The notes: a model not told the origin generated them from the letters alone. DNA of 64,000 nt from Callorhinchus milii (GCF_018977255.1 NW_024704742.1:67210001-67274000), one strand, 5' to 3'; positions 1-12,091 are shown, numbered from the stretch's first letter. Program-made: numbers and translations.

Positions 1-149
1 TGCAGTTTTGGTTGCTAGCAACTTCAGCAACTACTGTTTGCAGATGTTTAGTTTTCTTCTTGGCAGTGATTTTTTTTCAATATTATTTTGCCTCTGCACC
101 CTCCTCAAATAGTACCAACCCAACTGCTCCCTTCGCTCAGTGACTGGCG

Positions 150-385
150 TGCTTCATATTGCATCACACTCCCCCCCCCCAGCACCCACTTGCCCCACTG
201 TTGGCAGTCGAACTTTCAACCCACCTATCACACTTTCAACCTATTGGTCATCTTTCCTCTCCCCACCCTCCTCAGCTCCCAGCATCAGCTCGGGTGCCAA
301 GCCACGACTATCAAGAACTTTGGGATGGTCCTCCCAACATGAAACATAAAAGGCAATATATATGTTAATTTGTTATTGTTGTTTA
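150..385 (+). mobile_element. Degraded L2 LINE 3' end
   Basis: C-rich body followed by the tail ctttgggatggtcctccc...aaaggcaatata...(gtt)n. Confidence 0.55.
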
Positions 386-494
386 CTGACAGCCCTATTG
401 ATTTGAGATCAGAAAGACTTAAGAATTGCCTTGTGAAATTAGTATTCAAACATTGCATTTGAATTGTTTTTCTTGTTCAGATTATCTGGATAAC

Positions 495-606
495 ATGGCT
501 CCCAGGATATTTTGTAACTTCTGTTTTCAGCAGCCCAGACCAAATTGCTGCAGTTTTGCACTTACTAATTGTGGACATGTTGTCTGTGAAGCATGCCTCA
601 AGAAAG
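495..606 (+). CDS. RNF212: RNF212 coding exon 1 (RING N-half: MAPRIFCNFCFQQPRPNCCSFALTNCGHVVCEACLKK-G)
   Basis: Acceptor ttgttcAG at 479-480, ATG 495, donor G|gtagga after 606 (phase 1). CxxC...LTNCGHxxCxxC matches the RNF212/Zip3 RING. The acceptor implies an upstream non-coding exon outside the window. Confidence 0.95.
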
Positions 607-1730
607 GTAGGAATGAACTAATACAATATTTATTTTAAACAAGATGACTTATTGTTTGAAAGGAGTGCCAATCTCCTAGATGTCACCTACCTCAACAGAT
701 TGAAAAGCACAGACTTACATACTCTCTATCAGCAGACAGCAGAGGTCTCAGGATAATAGGTTCTCATCTTGAATGTCTGCAATCCTGAAGGTTATACACA
801 ATCTTGTCCTCACCAAGCTTCCTGCTATGATCGAATATTTTTCTTGCATCCCACTAGGAGCTTTGTTCTGCGAGATTGCCTTTTTATATGGCAAGGCAAC
901 TCTTCCCAAGCTGCTCAGTGAGCTTATGTTTTCATAAGCATCTAATTGATGCACCTCTATGCAACAACAACTTATAGGTTCTGTTGGCTAGAGTTGGCAT
1001 TTTGTGTAAAATGCATTGATTTATAGTGCCTCTTGTCTAATTTTTGACATGCTAAAGGGGAAGGGATGTTTCATGGGGAATATTTTCTGTTCAAAGTGCT
1101 CTCTTAGATTTAGAAGAAAAAAATACAGTATTTTTGAAATACAGAACAATAAATTCTCAAATGTTTTTAATCCCTGGCACATGCTGACTGCTCTGCTGCA
1201 TTACTAAAAGGATGACCGGGATCTGGCAAATTGTCTATTGAAGGCGAGCTCAGTGTGAGTCAATTCAATGCCAACCACCCCGAGGCCAGATTAGTATTGT
1301 TCCATACTCGCTGACATCGTGCTTTGCTGTGCACAAATTCAACCACAAAATACAGTTGCTACACTTTACAGTATATACTGTGAAGCATTTTGAGATGTCC
1401 ACCTGATGTGAAAGGCACTAAAATGAGTATAAGAATAAGAGTTATTTCTGGTGGTTCACTCCCAGACAGTCCAAAATGGTTATCTCAAAGCAGCTCACTG
1501 CAGCTACTGCTGCACAACTGTGTTCCTTAAACCTTTTGGGGATGTCATTGAGGTGCTTAACAGTTGAAAAGACGGATCCCATGGATTAAAGAAACGTTCA
1601 TCGCTACAGGTATGTATCTTAATGACCGTTTTATTGCTTCTATTGGTTTTGGTCAGCTGCTGTCTGACACGTGCAGAAACCCATCAGCCATGCTTAAAAG
1701 TATCCAAACCAAACTGAGAGTTCCATGCAT

Positions 1731-2103
1731 CCTTGTAACTCAGTGGTTGGAGCACTTGCCTCGCAAGCGAGAGACCTAGGTTCGATTCCCAACAAGGCGA
1801 ACTGTCGGGCAAGTCCTTACTCCACACGCCTCTGTTAACCTAGCAGTAAGTTGGAACCTGGTTGTTAGTTGATTGGTGGATCGCTTTTCCAGAGGTAATA
1901 ATTCCTTCAAAGAAAAATAATAATAATATTTTAAATCACTTCAGTCCACAACTGTTTGTGGGACACTGTGTGCGCAGTTGGTTGCCACGCTTCGCCCACA
2001 AGGTATACAGTCAATTCACTTTACAGTATATTCTGTGAAGCGCTTTGAGACCTCTTGAAGACGTGATAAAGCGCTAAATCAGATGCAAGGATTATTATTA
2101 TTA
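1731..2103 (+). mobile_element. tRNA(Ala)-headed SINE with CORE-like body and L2-derived tail (family A)
   Basis: A-box taactcagtgg, B-box ggttcgattcc, anticodon arm ttgc-ctcgcaa-gcga, body gggcaagt..ccttactccacacgcctctgtt, tail aagcgctttgagac...atgcaagg(att)n. Confidence 0.9.
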
Positions 2104-2485
2104 TCCCACCTACACATGGAAATCCCAGAGTTAGATTGTTAAAATGGAATCCACACTCTCTCCCTGGAGGGATGCATCCTGCTTACCTAATTCCAGAAAG
2201 TATTAGGCGCAGGTTGGCAAAAGTCAAGGCTTGGGGACCTCAGAGTGTATATTGAGGTACTGCTGGAGTCTCGGTGTAGTAACTCCCCATGACTTTCATT
2301 CCCTTTTAAAACACCTTAAAATAGTTGTGAATTTTGCATTTTCTCAAAAAAGATATCCCCCCCAATTTTTTTCAAAAATGATTCTATATTTCACTACGCC
2401 AACAAAGATATTGTATACATTTTGAATACTTTTGTCTCCTATATGTGCACTGTTTTTCTAGATCTTGTGCTTGATTATCTTTTAG

Positions 2486-2547
2486 GAAGTATGAAAAAAT
2501 GCTGCGTTTGTAAAGCAGATTGCCGCACCTTATTTCTCTCAGACAAG
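2486..2547 (+). CDS. RNF212: RNF212 coding exon 2 (SMKKCCVCKADCRTLFLSDK)
   Basis: tttAG acceptor and AAG|gtatat donor; 62 nt, phase 1->0; completes the RING CxxC. Confidence 0.95.
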
Positions 2548-2624
2548 GTATATATATATATATGTAGAACTTCTTGCAGACTTTTAAAACATCAGTGGGA
2601 AGTTTAAGTTTAACTCTTCATCCC

Positions 2625-3070
2625 ATGCCATCTCCCGCACCAGGTTCCGTGACTCTATCACCATCCTCACCCGACTCCACTGGCTTACCATCACACAGAA
2701 GATACCATTCAAGATCCTAGTCCTCACTTTTAAAGCCTCCGTGGCTTTGCTCCCCCCTATCTCTGCAACCTCCTAACCCCCTACCGTCCTACCCGCTCCC
2801 TCCGCTCAGCGGGCTCCAGCCTGCTTCAGGTCCCTCGCCTTGCCCGCCCCATTATTGGTATTCGGGACTTCTGCCACTCTGGCCCCACCCTCTGGAACTC
2901 CATCCCGCAGTCCCTCCGCTTCGCCCCCTCCCTTGCCTCCTTCAAGACCCATGTCAAGACCCTTCTCTTTCACAGTGCTTTCGCTCACCCTGCTTCCCCC
3001 CCTGCCCTCCACCCTCCCCAATCTCAAACTGCAGCTCGGGTCCAAAACACTTATAATGCAATATTGTTGT
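2625..3070 (+). mobile_element. L2 LINE 3' fragment
   Basis: Encodes RLHWL..I.FKILVLTFKA-type L2 ORF2 C-terminus; similar to the other L2 copies. Confidence 0.85.
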
Positions 3071-3299
3071 AAGAAACCAGTGACAAATCTGACTACATTT
3101 TATGACATGAGTGTATATCTTTTATTTAAGTAAATTATGCAAATATTTGGTACATATTTTTAAATGCAGATACATAATTAAGATATATATCAAGTTATTT
3201 TCTTATCTGGTGAGATGAATATTGCATTAAGGTAGAAAAAGGTTGTCTCTAAGCAGTGAACTGGATCATTATTTGGCTGCATACTGTAGGGAGCGGGCA

Positions 3300-3683
3300 T
3301 CTATGGCCCTGCCCCCTCCTACCTCTCTGACCTGCTGACTCCCTATCAATCTGGCCGCTTTCTCCGTTCAGCGGGCTCTGATCTGCTCCATGTCTCCCGC
3401 CCGACCCGCCCTACCATCGGTGGCCGGGCTTTCAGCCTCTCCCCCCACACTCTGGAACTCCTTCCCACAGTCCCTTCACCTCGCTTCCTCCCTTGACTCC
3501 TTCAAGGCCGGTCTCAAGACCCTTCTCTTCGACCGTGCCTTTGGTCTCCCTCCCACCTCTCTGCCTTCCCTCACCCCTACACCACCCCTCCCCCATGCTC
3601 AGGCCCCAACACCTGACTGTTTAGCGCTTTGGGACGTCCTCCCGACGTGAAAGGCGCTCTATAAATGTAATTTTGTTGTTGTT
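3300..3683 (+). mobile_element. L2 LINE 3' fragment with intact tail
   Basis: LWNS.P..L..ASSL.SFK..LKT.LF motif, tail gcgctttgggacgtcctcccgacgtgaaaggcgct, (gtt)n. Confidence 0.9.
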
Positions 3684-4592
3684 GTACTGTACCATCTTGG
3701 GACTGAGCTGCACCTGTTACATATAAATGAGATAACAGTGATATATACTGCAATGGCTGCTATTTTCTTCAGTCTGTAGGTAGAAATGGCCACTGTTCCT
3801 TTCATACAAATATTGTTTTTCATTAGGAAAGGAAAATGTAGCATCATATAGTACAACTCCAGCCTTTGGAAAAAGGAGTCTTTTCAAACCAATATGTACA
3901 ATGATCTTTTATTTTCTTGGAGCCCCCAAACGTCAAGAAGGATTCAATAATGTTCACAGTTATTACAGTGTGTGGTGAATTCACTCAATATTTAAAAATA
4001 AAGCTTTGTGATTGTCTGAATGGCTTACTTTCAGAATTGATTGGGGATACCATACCCTTACAACATGCGATAGCATGTGATGGTGTTTTAACCATTCCGT
4101 TCCTAGCGTTCCTGCCTCAATTGTCAGATGCATTTTCTAAGCCTGCTTTTCAACTGTTTGTTTCAAGATTTTATTTAAAAAAATCTGCGCACCAAATAGC
4201 ATTTCAGTTGTCTCAAATAGAAAAAGACTGTCTGTCTGGACAGCTTTTGTAGATGTCAACAGCTGGTCGCTGGTAAGCAGCATTCCATGCATATTTCAGG
4301 TTACATACTCCCTTGTCCCACTACTTAGTGATCTGAGTGGATAGCATAAACTCCCAGCTGCACTTGCTGCTGAAATGTTGTTTGTTCCGCACCAGTTGGT
4401 GCAATGTAAGGAGCATTTTATGCAGTGTACGTTGATTTCTTGAATGACTTGACCTAACTGTCTCACCTTTTTTGCTGTCTATGCCTGTAGACTATATATT
4501 ACATTTACAAGGAATGTTCTTAAGGCTTGGTAGGGATTCATTCAGAATGGCTTTCCTGCTAAATAATACACGTTTAGTTTTTTTTTGTATAG

Positions 4593-4667
4593 ATGGATCC
4601 TGATCTTCAGGCACTTTTTACAGACTCAGAGAAAGTTTGTGAGCGATACATAAACGAATTTACACAG
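4593..4667 (+). CDS. RNF212: RNF212 coding exon 3 (MDPDLQALFTDSEKVCERYINEFTQ)
   Basis: T-rich tract + AG, CAG|gtaata donor; 75 nt, phase 0->0; resembles RNF212 D.DIQAFF...C..Y....Q. Confidence 0.93.
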
Positions 4668-4766
4668 GTAATATTTTTTTCATATGTTATTGAACAAGCA
4701 TTTCTGACTTATTGTGAATGCATATAATTGGTTCTGTAGTCACCCTGCCTTCCGTGTTATTTCTAG

Positions 4767-4823
4767 ATTATGGAATTCCAAGAGAAACACAAAAGACATT
4801 TGCGTGCATGTGAAAAACAAAAC
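4767..4823 (+). CDS. RNF212: RNF212 coding exon 4 (IMEFQEKHKRHLRACEKQN)
   Basis: ttctAG acceptor, gtaagt donor; 57 nt; conserved EFQEKH motif. Confidence 0.95.
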
Positions 4824-5119
4824 GTAAGTAAATAAGGTCTTTGAATTTCCATCAATATTAATCTCTGCAAATTAATCGCCACAGATAAATTGAACATTCA
4901 TCTCCTGTGGTTTGAGGGACTTCACTTGTGTAAAATAAATGTCATGTTTTCATACAAAAAAGGTGCTAGTCATGACAGCAATTACTGTAAAGCGACACAA
5001 TAAGGTGCTATAAAATGCAAGCCTTTCTTGTTATAACAGTAGAAACAGGGAATAAAGATCAATCATTGATAGACAAAAGACAGATAGACAAAGACAGAAA
5101 GAAAGGGAGATCACCAGGG

Positions 5120-5392
5120 CAATGCGCTGGGCGAATAGAAAAGTGTGGATGCACTTTCTCTGTGGAATCCACCACAAACGCTCTCCGCTACAATCGCGCT
5201 ATAAACACTCCCCTCCGTCACAAACCTATACTGGGCCTCTGCGCGCTGTCTGCTCGATGCTGCTACTGTGGCTGGAGCGGCTCCGGTCGTGCATGCGCGG
5301 CGTAGGGAGTGTTGGGATTGTGGAAGTGGCGTCAGTGGGAAATTGGCTTCGCCCGGCTTAAACTAAGCTCCTGCGACCAATTCTTGGTAAGT
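5120..5392 (+). promoter_or_regulatory. CpG-rich promoter-like island with splice donor inside RNF212 intron 4
   Basis: About 20 CpG in about 255 bp in a CpG-poor background; NRF1-like TGCATGCGCG 5290-5299, ETS GGAAGT 5322-5327, half-CRE GCGTCA 5329-5334, donor TTG|GTAAGT at 5386/5387. Confidence 0.55.
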
Positions 5393-5708
5393 GCTGTACT
5401 ATTCAAATTAATATTTTTAGTACTTTAAACATAACTGCATGTTCAGGAATTATATGCCTATAGTTTTAATCTGGGTTGTTTCACAAAATGCATCTCTGAT
5501 TAGCACCAATCAACTTTCCGCAATTCCTCGCAAATTTATCAAAATTCTCTGCAATTACCCCACAATTTGAGGCAAATATATCCGCACTTTTCTATTGGCC
5601 CATGCTATTGGCCCAGGCATTGCTGGCTTTATATTAGAGAGTACTAGTGCATTAACTTTAAACTTAACTAATCAGTGATTTCACACAGTAGGTTCTGTAT
5701 TCAGAATA

Positions 5709-5987
5709 GGAGCCTAAGATAGAGCACTCGCCTCACAAGCGAGAGACCTGGGTTTGATTCCCGGCAGGGTGAAACCTTGGGCAAGTTTCCTTACTCCACA
5801 CCCCTGATAATAATCCCTAAAAAAAATTGGTCACTTCAATCCACGATTGTTCGTGGGACACTGCTGTGCCGCGTTTTGCCCACAAATATACAATCAATTC
5901 ACTTTACAGTAATTCTGTGAAGCGCTTTGAGACGTCAAGAAGACGTGAAAAGCACTATATCAAATGCAAGGACTATTATTATAATAA
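5709..5987 (+). mobile_element. SINE family A (internally deleted)
   Basis: Same head, body and tail as 1731-2103. Confidence 0.85.
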
Positions 5988-6575
5988 TGACCCTTACATT
6001 TGATATAGTACCTTTCACATTGCTTCACAGGATTTACAGTGAAGTGGAGGAACTGTGTATTTGTAGACAAATTCGGCAGCCGAATTGCATACCGCAATGT
6101 CCCACAAACAGCCATGAGAAGACCAATTTTATTTGAGGGATTGTTGGGCCAGGACACTAGGAGAAAAAAATGCTGACTTATAGTTGAGATAATTAATCAT
6201 AGATGTGTCTCTCTTAGACTTTAATCCATTCTGCTTGAAGTAGAATGTCAGTATATACAGTATTTGCCCGTGTCAGTTGTAGCACTTTTCCTCTCTGGAT
6301 CAGAAGGTTGTGGGTTGAGCCCATGGTTCTGGGTGAATGGGGAGCGTTATATTGTCCTTGGGTGAGATATTAAACCAAGGTCACATCTACTTTTTAGGTG
6401 TGGTTACAGAGGTAGGTTTTAAAGTGAGATTTAAATCTGGATAAAGAGAGTGCGAGGTGGAAGATATAAGATAGAAGTTTATGAGTAATGAAACCACTTG
6501 ATCTAATGGATCAAGGTGGCCAAATTTAATATTAAACAAGGTGAGGGACTCGTCAGATCAATCTGGAGTGCTGGT

Positions 6576-6925
6576 GGAGTCCTGCCACGTATTGGTTAGA
6601 ACACTTGCCTCACAAGAAAATCTGAGTTTGATTCCCAGGCAGGGTGAAACGTTAGCAAGTTTCCTTACTCCACACACCTCTGTTTACCCAGCAGTATTTA
6701 GGAACTCAATTGGCGAATCTCTTTCCGGGGTAATAATCCCTTTGAAAATAAATAAATAATAATGATTTGGTCACTCAATCCACAACTATTTGTGGGACAC
6801 TGCTGTGTTCAATTAGCTGCCAAGTTTCGCTCACAAAATAAATAATCAGTTCACTTTACAGTATATTCTGTAAAGCGCTTTGAAGCATCTCGAAGACGTG
6901 ATTAGACACTATATCAAATTATTTT
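6576..6925 (+). mobile_element. SINE family A
   Basis: Same head, body and tail. Confidence 0.88.
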
Positions 6926-7058
6926 TATAATCTAATGCTTTGTACCCAACTGTTCTTTATTTGCCATGCAAGATGATAGATCACAATGATAGTATAATAT
7001 GATTTGTACTTTTAGTTCATAGGCAATATGATTGATAATATTTCTTTTAAAATTTTAG

Positions 7059-7117
7059 CATGCAACGTTAGAAGCACATGTACAGCAAATTACAGAAAGA
7101 AAAGAACAAATGCAGAG
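7059..7117 (+). CDS. RNF212: RNF212 coding exon 5 (HATLEAHVQQITERKEQMQ-R, coiled coil)
   Basis: ttttAG acceptor, AG|gtagga donor; 59 nt, phase 0->2, frame continuous. Confidence 0.88.
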
Positions 7118-7765
7118 GTAGGAGATTCCTTGTCGTAGATTCTGCAGCTGAAATCTTTTGGGGTTTTGTACGTGATTAAGAACACTGCGTGGACATAGTA
7201 ATTTTTTCTCTCTTTAGCATGGTTCATCTTTAGCATCTTTAGCACGTTCCTCGTGTACACGGTGGAAACCCATCACCATGCTAAAGAGTATCCAAACCAA
7301 ACTGAGTTCCATGCAGCCCAACTATGCATGGAAACCCCTGTGCATTGGAATGCAATGTGCACTCCCTCCTTGGAGACCCTGGAGATCCAAGAAGACCCCT
7401 CTATCTCCAACATGGCAACGTGGACATACTCTAGGGAGATAGTGAATAGGGCTGAAAGAGTTTAAAGGGAAGAAAATAATAATATAATAATAACACTTAC
7501 ATTTGAGTTAGTGCCTTATCACGTCGTTAGACGACTCAAAGTGCATCACAGAATATAATGTAAAGTGACTGATGAATGTTTGAGAATAAAGAAACTGTAG
7601 AACGTTAGAACTGTAGAAACTGTAAGGGGGAAAATACTTGAGAGCATTATATCGAATGCTATCATTGAACATCAGTTGAAGCAGACAACACCAAGGTAGC
7701 CACTCATTTGTAAATGAGAATAATATTGCTTGGCTTGAATAGTATTTTCCACATCTATGTATACA

Positions 7766-8113
7766 GGAATCCTGTAGCTTAGTGGTTAGAGCACTCGCCT
7801 CGCAAGCGAGAGACATGGGTTCAATTCCCACAGGGTAGAGAGAAACGTTGGGCAAGTTTCCTTACTCCACATGCCTCTGTTTACCTAGCAGTAAGTAAGA
7901 ACCTGATTGTTAGCAGATTACGGATTGCTTTTCGGGGGTAATACTTCCTTAAAAAAAAATTGGCTATTCAATCCACGAATGTTTGTGGAAGTGTAATTGG
8001 CTACCAGGTTTCACCCACAAAGTATACACTCAATTCATTTTATGGTATATTCTGTGGAGCGCTTTGAGACGTCTGATAAGGCGCTGTATCAAATGCAAAG
8101 GACTATTATTATA
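7766..8113 (+). mobile_element. SINE family A
   Basis: Same head, body and tail. Confidence 0.9.
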
Positions 8114-8534
8114 ATCATGTATATATTGGTAAATTCTTAAATAGAGTGCGCAAGGTTAAGGTCAGGTCACTAACAAAATAACTATGCTCAAGAAGTGACA
8201 TCAGCGACTCTTTCTCGCTGTGCACAGGAATTGATATCATAAGTGATGCAACACACCGGAAGTGATGTCAGTGACGATCTGATGACCCAGATGCAAAGGC
8301 AGCTATTTTTCTTTTGGCATGCCCATTATAATATGGAGGTCTGAGTTAATGGAGTCTTTAACCACCCTGTTCTATACAAGGTTGGCCTGTACCTTTTCTA
8401 AAAGGGAGTTAGACAACTATTTGAAATAACTTGTAAAATGTATGGGGAAAGGCCAGAGGCGTGCAACTAAATTAATTGCTGTTTCAGAAAGCTAGGAGAG
8501 ACACAGTGGACTGAATTGCTAACCATTACACAAT

Positions 8535-8870
8535 GGAGTACTGTAGTGTAGTAGTTAGCGCATTTGCCTCGCAAGTGAAAGGACCTGGGTTAAATTCCTG
8601 GGTGGGGTGAAACCTTAAACAAGTTTCCTTTCTCCAAACACCTGTTTTTGAAGCCGATAAATAGGAACCTTGTTAGTTGATTGGTAAATTGCTTTCCGGG
8701 GGTAATAATTCCTCAAAAAAAATTGGTTGCTCCATCAATAACTGTTTGTGGGACACTGCGGGAAAAATGCGGCAGCCAATTGCGCACAGCAAAGTGTGCA
8801 GTCAATCCACTTTACAGTTTACAAGCGTTTTAAGACGTCTCAATGATGTGATAAGGCGCTGTATTATTAC
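8535..8870 (+). mobile_element. SINE family A
   Basis: Same head, body and tail. Confidence 0.85.
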
Positions 8871-8988
8871 AATTCTGATTCTACAGATCACTGATACTAA
8901 ACCAAGCACAAAACTTAACCTTTGGCTATCAAATTGTTATGGGATCAAAATTCATGGTTCAAAAAGGTGTTGTTTGTTCATTTTACAG

Positions 8989-9048
8989 AGAACTTGTAGA
9001 AAAACAGAACTACATTGCACAACTAGAAAATTCTTTGCACCATCAAAG
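8989..9048 (+). CDS. RNF212: RNF212 coding exon 6 (ELVEKQNYIAQLENSLHHQ-R, coiled coil)
   Basis: ttttacAG acceptor, AAG|gtaagg donor; 60 nt, phase 2->2; heptad-like sequence. Confidence 0.82.
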
Positions 9049-9599
9049 GTAAGGTTTATTGAACTCCACAAATCACTTGCTGCTTTCCTTGAGCGCAGGA
9101 CAGTCTTGCTAGTGAAGTCTTGTTAATCTGTCTGAGAAAAAAAAAATATTTTCAGGTTTAAATTGAAGGTTGAGGCAGCACCAATTATAGCAGAAGGGCC
9201 TTCAATTTGAAGCTATAGGTTTCTACTTGTTGGGTGCAGTGAAAACCCAACTCGGAAACAAGGCTGAAAGCAATGATTATCTTTGTGGTTGCCAATACCT
9301 CATATTTATCAGTCCTTGTCTGGACTAATGCTTGGATTAACAGAGAGTGCAAATATGCTCTTTAGATAAAGGGATTAGTGCAGGTACAAAGCCTCAGGCA
9401 GATTAGCATCTGGCAGCCACAAAGAATAGAAGACCATGGATTTGCTTCTAAAGTTATCTTCGGATCTTTCAGCAAAGGAGTTGTCCACAAATGGACTAAT
9501 AATAAAATAATTCTTGTTGACATAATGTGTCAAAGTATTGTGTAGATCAATTTTGCTCACAGCAATATTCCATTGGTCACATTGTGAATGACCAATTTG

Positions 9600-9845
9600 G
9601 CCTGGGGCGTTATTAACCAGGACACCAGGAGAAACTCCCTCTACTATTTGAAGAGGGCCTTGGGATTTTTAAAGACCATCTGAACCTCGGTTTAACATCT
9701 CACCTGAAGGACTGCACATCTAACAATGCAGTGCTCCTCCAGCCAGTCAACCAAGATTATGAGCTCAAAGTCCTGATGTGGGCCTTGATCCCAAAATCCT
9801 CTGAGTCAGAGGCGAGCATGCTACCCGCTTAGCCAAGGCTGACAT
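9600..9845 (-). mobile_element. tRNA-headed Deu-domain SINE (family B, SacSINE1/LmeSINE1-like)
   Basis: Minus strand reads gtcagccttggct..ggtagcatgctcgcctctgactcaga...gagatgttaaaccgagg...aaaaatccca, the Deu-domain pattern. Confidence 0.8.
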
Positions 9846-10036
9846 TTCTTTTAAGCACAAAAATTTTCATTAACTTGGCTTCAAACACCAATTCCATTCA
9901 GATGCTCTATGTGCAGAACTCTTGAAATTTAGTAACATTAAGAAAGTCCTTTGAATGCTCTTGATAACACTCGCAATTCATGAGTGAAAATCTGATTAAA
10001 AATTGAAAATAATTTTACTTTTCTTATTAATATCAG

Positions 10037-10089
10037 GCAACAGACAGCACGATTATCTACTTCAACTTCCTTAAGGGAATTTGTTCAAT
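10037..10089 (+). CDS. RNF212: RNF212 coding exon 7 (QQTARLSTSTSLREFVQ)
   Basis: atcAG acceptor, T|gtaagt donor; 53 nt, phase 2->1; QQTA motif as in vertebrate RNF212. Confidence 0.85.
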
Positions 10090-10499
10090 GTAAGTAAAAG
10101 GTGCATCATTTTCTTATTTAACTCTTGAGAATTGACTCTGAGGATTGTCCTTGTATTTCTGCAGATTTTTTAAAAAAACATGCGTTTTTAAGCATTCTCG
10201 GAAAATAATGTTAACCAATAAATTATTCTTCACTGTAGTGCTTTAAATATTCAATACCAGAAATGCATAATTGTATATTTTTAGTGGATGTAATTACAAT
10301 AATCTTTGCATTTGATACGTCGCCTTAATATGCTGAAGCCATTCAAGGTGCTCGAGTGTTTCTGTAAAGTATAGTGTGTGTATTTGCAGGATTAAACTGG
10401 GAGTAGATTTGATTGACTTGTTATTCTTTCATTTTAATATATCTGCATGATATAAGCTTTACAAAAACCCATGAAATAATACTAGGTGCTTAATGAAAC

Positions 10500-10770
10500 A
10501 TGTTGAAACAGTTCCTGACTGGAGGAACAGCAATAACAAGGCAAACAGGATGCTGGGCTATAATGCTAAATCAGTTGAGTTTAGATTCCCCAGATATATT
10601 TAGGCTATACAGTGGTCTGGTCAGGATGCACCTCGAATGCTCGATATAGTTCTAGTCAGTACGACACAGAGGGGCTGCCCATGACCAAGAAGCAGGACAG
10701 AGGAGAGCAACGAGGATGATCCCCAGTGTTAGAGGAATAAGCAGTGAACAACGATTAGACAAGCTAGGGA
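10500..10770 (+). mobile_element. Degraded CR1 LINE fragment
   Basis: KANRMLG...LY..LVR.HLE...QFxS-like nucleotide sequence. Confidence 0.65.
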
Positions 10771-11798
10771 GGATGTAGGGTGGGTGTAGTGGAGGGATGA
10801 GATTGGATAGACCTTGTTAATGCAGACCAGTCCTGTGAACTTGCTATTTATGTTTGCTTTCGCTCATTTGTGCTTATTTTTCCACTTTGTCTTACATACC
10901 ATTACATCCACTTGCTGTTCAGTTCTGTAAATAACTTTGACATTAAATGTTATGAAGTACTTATTAATGTAGTACTCGGCTGCAAAAGGCTACAATTTGG
11001 TACTACAACAACTTGCTGTTCTTTTTAGATTTTATTTATTTGATGATCCATATGAGTCCCTCAGCCAATGTACCACATCAAAATACCTTGTTTTGGTTAA
11101 GTTGTCATTCTTGTTACTGTTGTGAAATGCCACCCATAACCAATGAAAATTAATGAAAAATATAGCCAATGCCGTTTTTTTTCTCAAAGCACTTTTAAGA
11201 ACAATTGTGGATTCTGCTTCAACCACTATTTCTGATAGTCTTACACAGTATGTAAGAAAAACAATTCTCATAAACCTGCTCTTTTGTTTTTGTGTGATGA
11301 TCTAAATAAAACAAATTTACATTTATAGCACCTTTCACGTCGGGAAAACGTCTCAAAGCACAGGACAATCCAGGGTTTGCACATACATTTATTTCCTTGG
11401 CATATAGGCCATCTTACACATGTTGCTTAATAGATCCAAATCTCATATGTACTCTCATTGTCCAGTAATATTGTGTAGTATATTGCAATATTGGTCTTTA
11501 ATTCTGTTAAGTTCTCTTGAATTGGTTTCATTTTAAATGTTTTTTTTGCTTAACAGGTTAGAGAAAGTAAACTTGGAACTGTAGGATTAACAAAGCAAAT
11601 TGCACCTGTAAATGTTGGCTGCTATTATTTGAGTTGTTCCCTGTATTTAGTTTTCCTTTTAATAATTGATCATTTTTGAATTTTTTTTAAGATAGGTTTC
11701 CCCATTCTTCTTGCTGTAAAATGTGTACGTCATTTTGAAAATGAACTGTACATCTGTCTTCTTCAGAAATTGACTTGAGACGTTTTCTTTCCCTGTAG

Positions 11799-11862
11799 CA
11801 CCTTTAACGAAGTCAGCAATGTATACTGCAGTTCCATACTCCAGGCCATCCTCAGGTGAAAT
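11799..11862 (+). CDS. RNF212: RNF212 coding exon 8 (S-PLTKSAMYTAVPYSRPSSGE-M)
   Basis: Strong pyrimidine tract + tgtAG. AT|gtatgt donor chosen because it gives the phase 2 required by the next exon; 64 nt. Confidence 0.78.
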
Positions 11863-12091
11863 GTATGTAAATATGTGTTGCATTCAAAAATATGCTTCTG
11901 ATTTTTCTCAAATGTTGCACTTAAGAGATATAACAGGAGTTTATATAGGAAATTATATAAGACAATCTTGCAGTTCAGCAGAAAGATAGGAAATTCTTCT
12001 GGCCTTTTACTATTTGTTTAATATGTGTTCTTGCAGTTTCGGTTCTGATGTATACTGTGAAACTGAGAGCTATTTTATTTTATGTCTATTT

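Noticed and set aside
11540..11562. T-tract + CAG|GTTAG resembling a recursive splice site or extra exon
   Set aside because: The intron is only about 1.7 kb and exons 7 and 8 already join in frame; there is no supporting coding signal.
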